IMG/VR virus record: IMGVR_UViG_3300037247_001786
Coordinates: 288,001 to 352,000 of that record
DNA length: 64,000 nt
Strand: one strand, 5' to 3'
Source: a virus
Lineage: Duplodnaviria > Caudoviricetes
Shown: positions 10,100-18,576 of the stretch, one piece after another
Numbering within the stretch: the first letter of the stretch is position 1
How the letters are laid out: each line of letters opens with the position of its first letter
Notes under the pieces: generated by a model
Database searches by the model: none
What the model saw: only the letters and a program-made list of their open reading frames with translations
Told to the model about the DNA's origin: nothing
Position numbers and translations under genes: made by a program

Positions 10100-10237
10100 A
10101 TGATAGCCAAAATCAAGAATTGGGGAATTTGTGCATGGGTAAAGAAAAGATCGTATGAAAGAAAAAGATATAAAGATTTAAAAGAGATAGCAAAGCAAGA
10201 AAGATTATGGGATATGAGATTAAGAGGAGAAAGATAA
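10100..10237 (+). CDS. Small basic hypothetical protein (45 aa, below the ORF-track cutoff)
   Basis: GAGGG-like RBS then ATG; MIAKIKNWGICAWVKKRSYERK...; downstream of the 9986 promoter. Confidence 0.45.
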   Translation: MIAKIKNWGICAWVKKRSYERKRYKDLKEIAKQERLWDMRLRGER

Positions 10238-10249
10238 TAAAAAAAATAC

Positions 10250-10277
10250 TTGAAAGTGATTAATTTTCTGGTACAAT
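10250..10277 (+). promoter_or_regulatory. Sigma70-like promoter driving the ncRNA candidate
   Basis: TTGAAA-16nt-TACAAT with TGn extended -10; predicted start about 10284-10285. Confidence 0.75.
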
Positions 10278-10284
10278 GAGTAAC

Positions 10285-10680
10285 GTAATAAAAGTATTTG
10301 CGGTGCTGTGTGAAAACGTTGAGAGGCGAAGCACTGAGACCACTTGAAAAGCTTTTATCCCGTTTGCAACCGAAGAGGTCAGGGTCAAAGAGTTTAATAG
10401 ATGGTGGGTATAAAAACTTGTCCCACGGTATCGAGGGCGTTTGGAAGCTGATCTAGACAGCAAACCATAAATCGTAGCAAGTAGCAGAGAAGTGCAGGAA
10501 AAAGATATTGTTCTGCATGGAGCCAATCTTGCCAAACACTTTTATTGCATTTTAAAAATAGAATGTCAGTGGCGTGAGTAAAAGGAGAGTTCGGAACAAT
10601 TACTTGCGTGCATTCAGGTGCAACGGCCGCAGGATACTTACGAATTATCGAAGCTGTTATCAAATTCCTGCCTGACATTT
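10285..10680 (+). ncRNA. Large structured non-coding RNA candidate (unassigned class)
   Basis: No credible ORF; GC-richer than flanks; helices 10285-10300/10533-10548, 10301-10307/10330-10336, 10338-10346/10371-10380, 10404-10408/10422-10426, 10477-10481/10528-10532, 10492-10499/10511-10518, 10562-10569/10672-10679, many with G-U pairs; T-run after 10677. Confidence 0.75.
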
Positions 10681-10708
10681 TATTTTTTTATTATGGGAAA
10701 GAAGAACT

Positions 10709-10915
10709 ATGACTAAAACTTTAATTGAGTTAAGAGAAGAATTTGAAGAGATGGCAGTAAATTGCATGTTCGATATAGAACGTAATTCAAATGGTGAATA
10801 TGAAAACACCGGAAGAAACACTTTTATGTTATGGGCAGGGTATTGGGAATGTGCTAGGATTAATGGTATAATAATCGGCAAAGATGCAGAATTTAAAAAT
10901 GCAAATAAAATTTAG
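10709..10915 (+). CDS. Hypothetical protein between the ncRNA and tmRNA
   Basis: 68-aa ORF with purine-rich RBS; its TAG ends on the first G of the tmRNA. Confidence 0.6.
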   Translation: MTKTLIELREEFEEMAVNCMFDIERNSNGEYENTGRNTFMLWAGYWECARINGIIIGKDAEFKNANKI

Positions 10916-11263
10916 GGGGTAAAAGGCATCGATTCCTATAGTTGAAAATTAAATAGCGTGTACGAGATGGTAGTTGGCTCGTTAAAAATCTACTAAAGTT
11001 GACTTAATTGACAACAGTTTTGCAATGGCTGCCTAGTCCGAAACTAGGTTGTTTACTCCTGATTCCTGTTAGGGAAGTAAGCACGATAACAGGATAGTTG
11101 AATGTTATTTGTCTCAAGATGACCTGATGCGAAAATGATTTGGGATAGAAAATATGAACCACGTTAATTTGGGTCAAATTTTTGAAATCTAAATAGTTAA
11201 CTACACACGTAGACGTTTAGTTGGAAAGTAGAGAAGACGCGAGTTCGAATCTCGCTACCTCCA
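10915..11263 (+). ncRNA. ssrA: tmRNA (transfer-messenger RNA)
   Basis: 5' GGGGGUAAAAGGCAUCGA; 3' GACGCGAGUUCGAAUCUCGCUACCUCCA; 7-bp acceptor stem with G3-U; internal tag ORF ending ...DNSFAMAA* (TAG 11034-11036); CCA not encoded. Confidence 0.95.
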
Positions 11264-11265
11264 AT

Positions 11266-11301
11266 AAAAGCCCTGACTTTTAATTAAGTTGGGGCTTTTT
11301 T
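11266..11301 (+). terminator. Intrinsic terminator after tmRNA
   Basis: AAAAGCCCTGACTT-loop-AAGTTGGGGCTTTT followed by T-run. Confidence 0.85.
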
Positions 11302-11303
11302 CT

Positions 11304-11331
11304 TTGTAAGTGATTTTATTTAGGTTATAAT
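11304..11331 (+). promoter_or_regulatory. Sigma70-like promoter
   Basis: TTGTAAGTGATT...TATAAT, 16-nt spacer. Confidence 0.65.
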
Positions 11332-11570
11332 AGAATTTAAGTATTAGTAAATGTTAATAATAATTTTAATTAAAGTAAAGGACGTAAAAATGAAGAATGA
11401 AAAGAAACAATCAGTTTTGGAAGAGTATTGTAGTTACGAAGCAATCCCTGCGGCTAAAAAAGCATGGATCACAATTAGAGCTAAAAAAGATGGTAAGAAT
11501 CCCGTAATGGTTCATGCAGGTTATAAAGCTCATTTTAGTAGACGTAACAAGAAGTAAATAAACTTCTTAC

Positions 11571-11599
11571 TTGAAAGTGATTTTATTATATGATATATT
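11571..11599 (+). promoter_or_regulatory. Sigma70-like promoter
   Basis: TTGAAAGTGATT...TGn TATATT, 17-nt spacer. Confidence 0.65.
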
Positions 11600-11623
11600 A
11601 GGGTTTTAGAGAAAGGTCTGATT

Positions 11624-12205
11624 ATGAGTTTAAAATTAATCGCAGAAACTAAGTGGTTAAAATTCTTTACGCGTACTTATCAAGATAAGAAAGAATTATG
11701 GCGTAAATGGGATTTCATTTCGAGAAAAGATAATCCTGATAACAAAACCGATAGGGCTGACGCTGTCGTTATCGTTCCTTTCTTAGAAGATGGGAGAATG
11801 GTTCTTATTAAACAATTTAGACCTGCAATTAATGATTATATCATAGAAAGTGTAGCAGGCTTAATCGACCCAACTGATAAAGATATCGATGACGCTGCTA
11901 TTAGAGAATTAGAAGAGGAAGTTGGTTTAGAGATAACTTCTTACTGGGGCTATAATCAAAAATTATATAACTCAGTGGGCATCACTGACGAAAGTTGTTC
12001 TTATATTTTCTGCAAGGCAAAAGGGGAACCTTCTACAGAAAAAAATGAAGATTCTGAAGATATTGAGATAGTTATTGTCAATAGGGAAGAAGCTAGAGAA
12101 TTAACTTTTGATGTTAAGCAAAAAATATCTGCAAAATGTTGGCTAGTTCTTATGGCTTATGCTAATGGTTTTGATTGGTATGAAGATGGAGGAAATAAAT
12201 TTTGA
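11624..12205 (+). CDS. NUDIX hydrolase (ADP-ribose pyrophosphatase-like)
   Basis: Nudix box AGLID-x7-AAIRELEEEVG; KQFRPAI resembles NudF. Confidence 0.88.
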   Translation: MSLKLIAETKWLKFFTRTYQDKKELWRKWDFISRKDNPDNKTDRADAVVIVPFLEDGRMVLIKQFRPAINDYIIESVAGLIDPTDKDIDDAAIRELEEEVGLEITSYWGYNQKLYNSVGITDESCSYIFCKAKGEPSTEKNEDSEDIEIVIVNREEARELTFDVKQKISAKCWLVLMAYANGFDWYEDGGNKF

Positions 12206-12765
12206 GTATATTAGAATTTTATAGAGATAATGAACCAAATCAAGAGGGTCTATTTCTCAGCGATATTATAAAGTTTAATGATGAACAACTTGAAGATAAT
12301 CATTGTTATATTCAATGGCTATTTCCTCTTAAAGAGGCAAGTTCCTGCGTTCCTGGGTCTCCTGTCTTGACAGAGGAAGATATAGAAGTTTTTACCTCTC
12401 ACCCCATGACCACTGAAGAGATGGGAGAGAATTTAAAATTAAGAGGGAAGTTTATAGATGCGTTTTATCTGATGATTCATTTTTATGGATTAAGATTAGA
12501 AATTTCAAAAGACGAAATGCCCAAATTGACGAATCTTTTTATAGCAATCGACCCGAACACATTCGACAGTAAATCGAAAAAATGGATTACTCCCAAAAAT
12601 CATAATTTTTTAAGAATAACTCGTATACTACGCTCTTTGATATTGTTAGGTCATGAGAGTTCAGCGAATATGTTCTATAAGTGTCTTTGTGAAATATATG
12701 AAGACCATAAAGATATCATAGGGTCTACAACAAAACAATTTTGGGACGAATCGATGGAGATATAA
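12202..12765 (+). CDS. Opioid growth factor receptor (OGFr) N-terminal-like domain protein
   Basis: LEDNHCYIQWLFPL and NHNFLRITRILRSL motifs; TTG start. Confidence 0.85.
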   Translation: MSILEFYRDNEPNQEGLFLSDIIKFNDEQLEDNHCYIQWLFPLKEASSCVPGSPVLTEEDIEVFTSHPMTTEEMGENLKLRGKFIDAFYLMIHFYGLRLEISKDEMPKLTNLFIAIDPNTFDSKSKKWITPKNHNFLRITRILRSLILLGHESSANMFYKCLCEIYEDHKDIIGSTTKQFWDESMEI

Positions 12766-12767
12766 AA

Positions 12768-13010
12768 ATTCCAACTTATCAATATCTATGTGAAAATTGT
12801 GAACATACTTTTGAGAAGATGCAGTCTATGTCTGCTGGCTCTTTAAGGAAGTGCCCAGAGTGTAAAAAACTTAAATTGGTTCGACTTATTGGAACTGGTT
12901 CAGGGATAATATTCAAGGGAGATGGATTTTACGAAACAGATTATAATAGAAGTAAGGATTATAAGAAGAGAAAGAATAAGGGCAAAGATAAGGTTAAAAA
13001 AGGGGCATAA
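12768..13010 (+). CDS. FmdB-family zinc-ribbon protein (probable ATT start)
   Basis: (M)PTYQYLCENC...CPEC...GSGIIFKGDGFYETDY; GGAG RBS before ATT at 12768. Confidence 0.8.
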   Translation: MPTYQYLCENCEHTFEKMQSMSAGSLRKCPECKKLKLVRLIGTGSGIIFKGDGFYETDYNRSKDYKKRKNKGKDKVKKGA

Positions 13011-13074
13011 GAGGATATTTCTCTTTTTTAATTGAATTATAATATATCTGCAATTTTAAAGATGGAGGTATATT

Positions 13075-13674
13075 ATGTTAAAGAGTGCTATCCTGAGTTT
13101 AGTTTTAATTTTTGTTATGATGTTGTCAAGCTGTTCCTTTCCTCAAGTGGTAGAAAAAGAAGTTGAATTTTGTAAGCAAAGTTATTTTATTAACTATGCT
13201 CTTGATCAGATGATTGAACAAATGCCAGATATAGATATGGTTAGTAAAAAAATATCATTGGTAAAGTTCGATACGAATATCGAAGATGATGTAATAAAAG
13301 AAAAAATATTAAATCATTTTACTGAAAAATTTAATAAAGATATCGTAGAGTTGGTCCCTCTTAAAGATTCAAATTACATATTAATTGTCGCTGTAAACCA
13401 TAGCGATCAAAAGGTAATGGTAACAGAAGCTTCTATTGGGGAGACTAAAGAAAAATCTAAAGGAGAATTTTTAAAAGTAAATTTTACTTTTGATGACCCT
13501 TTACTGTTTTCAAAAAACATATATAAATATCATACTAAACATGATGGAACTGTAACGTTAGTAATGATAATGGTAATTGACATGAGAACAGAAGAAACTA
13601 TTTATACCGATAACGCTACTTTTATAAATGTTTATAAGAGTTCCGGGAAGAGAACATTAAAAACTATTAACTAG
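13075..13674 (+). CDS. Putative lipoprotein
   Basis: Hydrophobic N-terminal signal ending in LSSC lipobox-like motif. Confidence 0.55.
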   Translation: MLKSAILSLVLIFVMMLSSCSFPQVVEKEVEFCKQSYFINYALDQMIEQMPDIDMVSKKISLVKFDTNIEDDVIKEKILNHFTEKFNKDIVELVPLKDSNYILIVAVNHSDQKVMVTEASIGETKEKSKGEFLKVNFTFDDPLLFSKNIYKYHTKHDGTVTLVMIMVIDMRTEETIYTDNATFINVYKSSGKRTLKTIN

Positions 13675-13681
13675 GAAACAC

Positions 13682-14308
13682 ATGGACGTACTATTCATCG
13701 TTGACGTAGAAGCAACTTGTTGGAAAGATAGATATGCCGCCTCAAGAAGATCTGAAATTATAGAGTTGGGAGGTACAACTCTAATGAATATTGATGGGGA
13801 ATTAGAGATATTAGGTTCTTTTTCTGAATTTATAAAACCTAAACTTCATCCTCGTCTTTCTAATTTTTGTAAAAAACTCACATCTATAAAACAAGAAGAT
13901 GTGAATAATGCCGATAACTTTACCAATGCTCTTAAAAGTTTTAGAGAAAAAGCAAAGGCAACAGTTAATGGAATGAGCTGTAGACGAATGATATTCGCTT
14001 CATGGAGTCCATACGATAGGAAGCAGATTAGACAAGATTGCAAACTTCATGAACTACGTTATCCATTCGGAAGGTATTGGGATCTCGAGAAAAGTTTTTC
14101 TGGCTACAAAAAGGAACAAAGATTATACAGTGTAACAAATGCCCTAATATCACTTGGAGAAGAATATAAGGGACAAATACATAGAGCTATATCAGACGCA
14201 GAAAATACCGCAACAATAGTTCAAAAATCAATGTCGGTAAATTGGAAGAAATATTTTGAAAAATTCGAAGAAGAAGCAAAAAGAAAAAGAATTCGTAGTG
14301 GTAAATAA
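13682..14308 (+). CDS. DEDDh 3'-5' exonuclease (ERI1/KapD-like)
   Basis: DVEATCW, EIIELG, HRAISDA. Confidence 0.85.
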   Translation: MDVLFIVDVEATCWKDRYAASRRSEIIELGGTTLMNIDGELEILGSFSEFIKPKLHPRLSNFCKKLTSIKQEDVNNADNFTNALKSFREKAKATVNGMSCRRMIFASWSPYDRKQIRQDCKLHELRYPFGRYWDLEKSFSGYKKEQRLYSVTNALISLGEEYKGQIHRAISDAENTATIVQKSMSVNWKKYFEKFEEEAKRKRIRSGK

Positions 14309-15269
14309 AATAATCTGCGGGGATTCAATTTCTTGTTTGAGGAAAATGCCCAGTGAATGTGTAGATTTAATTATTACTTCACCTCCCTATTTTAAACAAA
14401 GAACCTATATAGAAGGTAAAGATCTAGAGATTGGCAATGAAGAATTTGCTATCGATTATTTAGACATACTGGATAAGGTCTTCTCAGAATGTTTAAGAGT
14501 ATGTAAACGAAATGGTAATATCGTTTTTAATCTTGGGGATAAGTATTTAAAAGGAGATCTCGCACTACTACCTTATCGCTTTGCAATTAGAGTAAAGGAC
14601 AGATATTCTCCTCCTCTAAAACTTATCAATAATATTACTTGGGTTAAAAGTAATCCGACTCCAAGGCAATATGACAGAAGATTAGTCAATTCCACAGAAC
14701 CATTTTTTCACTTCGCTAGAAGTAAAGACTACTATTATGATAGAGATGCTTTCCAATATAGTGAAATAGAGCAAAAAGAGATTACAGCTACAAAGGGTCT
14801 TGCTTATTTAGACAAGATATATAATTCCCGTCTCACCGATACAGAAAAAATAGCGGCAGTAACCGCTATGTATCAAGCAAGACAAGAAATAAGCGATGGC
14901 AAAATAACTGATTTTAGGATGAAAATAAGGGGAGTACATAAATTAGCTTTTGGAGGTCAACAGGGGGGAAGGAATAACGAGATAAAGAATAACGGCTTTA
15001 CTGTTATTAAGATGACTGGACAGAAAATGAAGAGAGATGTGATTGAAAGTCCTGTTGATAATAACAAAGGGATTGACCATCCAGCAATTTTTCCCTTGAA
15101 AGTGATTAAGGATATGGTATTATTGTTATCACCTCAAGATGGTATTGTCTTAGACCCATTTTGCGGGAGTGGCACAACTTGTCTTGCTGCTAAAGAATTA
15201 AATAGAAAGTATATAGGAATAGATCTATCAGAAAAATTTTGTGATATGAGTAGAGAAAGACTTAAATGA
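14256..15269 (+). CDS. DNA amino-methyltransferase (beta class); real start possibly GTG 14298
   Basis: TSPPYF, HPAIFP, DPFCGSGTT. Confidence 0.92.
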   Translation: MKNSKKKQKEKEFVVVNKIICGDSISCLRKMPSECVDLIITSPPYFKQRTYIEGKDLEIGNEEFAIDYLDILDKVFSECLRVCKRNGNIVFNLGDKYLKGDLALLPYRFAIRVKDRYSPPLKLINNITWVKSNPTPRQYDRRLVNSTEPFFHFARSKDYYYDRDAFQYSEIEQKEITATKGLAYLDKIYNSRLTDTEKIAAVTAMYQARQEISDGKITDFRMKIRGVHKLAFGGQQGGRNNEIKNNGFTVIKMTGQKMKRDVIESPVDNNKGIDHPAIFPLKVIKDMVLLLSPQDGIVLDPFCGSGTTCLAAKELNRKYIGIDLSEKFCDMSRERLK

Positions 15270-16034
15270 TACATCTCAGTAAAAAAGGAATAAGATACAA
15301 TAACAATTACAACACTGACTGTGATGAGTATGTTGACAGAATGGTTGAAACACTGATTCCTCATCTTCGCGATGAGGTTACTCTCTCTGACGACTATACT
15401 CTTGCCGACTTATTTAAGATATTGGAAAGCGAAGTTGATAATTTTAATCTCATTTTTGGTTCTCATCTCGGGCATTACCCCTTGTCTGATTATATCAAGG
15501 ATATTAACAAAGATGTTGTCGTTGATAACTCCGAACAGGGCATAGACTATTTAGAGGTCTATTGGACTTGTGTATGCGAGGACTATGAAGCAAGGGGATA
15601 TAAGGAGTGGAAAAAAGATATTAATTTTAATGCTGATTTTCACGGTTATGGAACTTGGGCTGATGACGAACATTCTCCCTACCCAGATAATTTCAAAGGA
15701 GGGATTGCTATAGAGTTCACTCCTCTTGCGGAGTTGAAAGATATTATTCTTAAAATAAGAAATAAGACCAAAGTAATTCTTGATGACGGTACTTATCATA
15801 AAAATGAAGATGGTGATTTAACAGACAAAGTTTTGTTCGAGGGAGATAGATATTTTTCTGTTTTCGATTTTATATCTACAATTCTTTATGAAATAAGCTA
15901 CGCTGGTTCTCCTGATATTAGGGATGAATCTTTGAAAGATTTAATATCAACTCATGAAGAGGTAAAAGAAAAAATAGATTCTGGAGACACCTCTTGCTTT
16001 AAAAATTTTGAAGAACTGAAAAAAGATTTAGAAA

Positions 16035-16718
16035 ATGAAGAAAGTTAAAGAAAAAGGAATAATATTCGACGCTGACATGGTAAGGGAGACCTTATCTGGG
16101 CGGAAGACTTCTATAAGGAGAGTTATAGAGTCACAGCCTCCTGAAGGCTCTTCGCCTATCTATGACTCTCTTGACTGCTACTGGGGTGAGGGTTGGGCTT
16201 TTCAATATCCTAAAAAAGTCTTTGAAGATTTAGTTTTTAATTCTATATTTGAGTTGCCTCAAAATGGTAGATGCCCCTATGGTAAGGTAGGTGATAGATT
16301 ATGGGTGAGAGAAAATTGGGGTTATCACGGTTCGGCATCAGGAGGGGATCCAGAAGTCCATAGCTCTAGTGTAAAATATCTAGCTGATGGGGAACGTAGA
16401 GAAATATATTTTGATAGCTTTGAAGAGATGAGTAACGCTTCTCCTGGGCAAAATATAAAATATCCTAAGTGGATAACTGAAATGGATGAGTTTGAGCAGC
16501 AATATCATACGAGTGAATTTTTGTATGATTGGTGGGAGAAACAAAAAAGTAAACCATCTACTCATATGCGTCGATGGGCTTCTCGGATAACTTTAAAAAT
16601 AACACATGTCGGGATATCGAGACTTCAAAATATTACTGCCGAAGAAGCTGTAAGAGAAGGCATATTAAATTGGGAAGAAAATCCTTGGGTATGGGTAGTT
16701 AAATTTAAGAAGATATAA
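16035..16718 (+). CDS. Conserved phage protein (ASCH/PUA-like)
   Basis: GDRLWVRE, PSTHMRRWASRITL, NPWVWVV motifs. Confidence 0.6.
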   Translation: MKKVKEKGIIFDADMVRETLSGRKTSIRRVIESQPPEGSSPIYDSLDCYWGEGWAFQYPKKVFEDLVFNSIFELPQNGRCPYGKVGDRLWVRENWGYHGSASGGDPEVHSSSVKYLADGERREIYFDSFEEMSNASPGQNIKYPKWITEMDEFEQQYHTSEFLYDWWEKQKSKPSTHMRRWASRITLKITHVGISRLQNITAEEAVREGILNWEENPWVWVVKFKKI

Positions 16719-18069
16719 TTATAGGTACTTTATAATGATACATATTATTAAACAAAAGAAAATTAAGAAGAAACAATTGGTTTGTGATATCGGTGATATT
16801 ATCTATGGTGAAAAATATTTTATTAAACCACAGAAAACCCATTATGGAGATAGAAAATTTCTTTCTATAAATTCTATCTCCTATAATGTTTGGGACTCTT
16901 TAGAGGTTCTTGGAATAGATTTTGAAGACTTTAAAAAAGAAGTTTCTTATATCTGTCCATATACAAAAAATACATATTTTTGGGCTATCCCAATTTATTT
17001 ATTTTCGGATAGAGTAGATGAGATTGTTGACGATACGCAACATATACCTTGGAAGCAAATGTATAAAGACCATGAGTGGGCAGTAGATTTTTATTTTAAA
17101 AAGTATGGCCGTAAAGAAAAAAGCGAGTTTGTAGCAACCAGTATACATGAAGCTTTTTTAGGACCAGGTTATACGTCAGGAACTCGTCCCTGTGATGGGG
17201 GAGGCAATTTAAAAGATGCTGTTATTGATTTGGATAATGGCGACCAACTTGGCTGTAAAGTTTGGGTTTGGTATAATAAATGATTAAAAAAATATTATGT
17301 AAGTTAGGTTTTCATAAATACGAGAGAACAGACACTATGCTTACTCACTCTGTTTGTACTACAGTAGAGTGTAAAAGGTGCGGTCATAGTCTTTCTTCTA
17401 GTAATTTAAAGACAAGAAAAGAGATAGATAAAGAGTTTGTCGAAACGTTCATGAAAGAATTACCATAAAGGAATATCGTATGATTAATTTAGCAGGAAAA
17501 GAAGATTGCGATTCAGCTATTATTGAAGAACTAATAAAAGCTGGCATAAACCCAGTTTCTTTAGAAAAAAGTAATCATCCAGAAGTAAAATCTCTGTACA
17601 AAGGAGAGTTGCTCGGTTGGACATTTAGTAGGCAATGGTACTATTGGAGTGCTTCTTGCGAAAATAAATTTAAAGATGGATTGGATATAAAATACGCTTC
17701 TCCTTTACATGCAATTGTCGGAGAAGAAGTTCGCCTAGCCGGTCATTGTTGCTGCCCTTCTCCTGATGATGGTTTCTGGATGGATAAATTCGACAAAGAC
17801 GGTAACGAGTTGATGCGTCAAGAAGAATTGGATGACTGCGAGAAGAAAGCAGAGAATTCAGATTTAATGAGAGAGACATGCGAACACTTATTAGAAGAAT
17901 ACCGAGCTGTTGATAACCCTCTTGAATATGCGAGAGAGAAAGGTAAGTTGCTTGCGACCTCTTATCATATTGACTCTCAACTGGGTTTAGAAATGTTCTG
18001 TGCGGTTCTCCGTAGGCAAAAAGTTCACAACTCTCGTCAACTGAAGGATTGAAAAAGTTATAGGGATGT

Positions 18070-18576
18070 ATGAATCAAGAAAAAGAAATTAAATATTATG
18101 CTGGCATTGGAAGTAGGGAAACCCCAGATGACATTCTGGAGATAATGACAGAAATAGCCATAGCAGCAGAAAAAAAAGATTATATTCTTCGTTCAGGAGG
18201 TGCGGCAGGAGCAGACTCCGCTTTTGAAAAAGGTGCAGGCGATAAAAAAATTATATATATTCCTTGGGAAGGTTTTAACGATAGCAAAGAGAAAGCCATC
18301 TCTATAACTACGGAAGCTTTAAAGATGGCAAGCGAGTTTCATCCTGCTTGGCATTATTTGTCTTATGGAGCAAGAAAACTGCAAGCAAGAAATTGCTATC
18401 AGATATTAGGGGAAGACCTTAAAACTCCTGTCAATTTTGTTATATGCTGGACATCCAATGGTAAAGACAAAGGTGGGACAGGACAAGCTATAAGACTAGC
18501 CAAAGCTAATGATATAACAGTATTTAATTTAGCTATCGAAGAACATCTTAATTTTTGGAAAGAAAAAATATGCTGA
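18070..18576 (+). CDS. SLOG/DprA-like Rossmann-fold nucleotide-binding protein
   Basis: YAGIGSRETP, LRSGGAAGADSAFE, GGTGQAIR. Confidence 0.75.
   Translation: MNQEKEIKYYAGIGSRETPDDILEIMTEIAIAAEKKDYILRSGGAAGADSAFEKGAGDKKIIYIPWEGFNDSKEKAISITTEALKMASEFHPAWHYLSYGARKLQARNCYQILGEDLKTPVNFVICWTSNGKDKGGTGQAIRLAKANDITVFNLAIEEHLNFWKEKIC

Noticed and set aside
10285-10680. Assignment as RNase P RNA, group I intron, retron msr-msd or c-di-GMP riboswitch
   Set aside because: No GAGGAAAGUCC/CR-V; AAGAUAUUGUUC resembles the group I S element but lies in a local hairpin and no gene is interrupted; no reverse transcriptase nearby; GCAAACC lacks the partner riboswitch motif.
10260-10881. ORF-track entries 10260-10535(-), 10394-10678(-) and 10660-10881(-)
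   Set aside because: No RBS or family motifs; they are antisense to the structured RNA candidate and the 10709 ORF.
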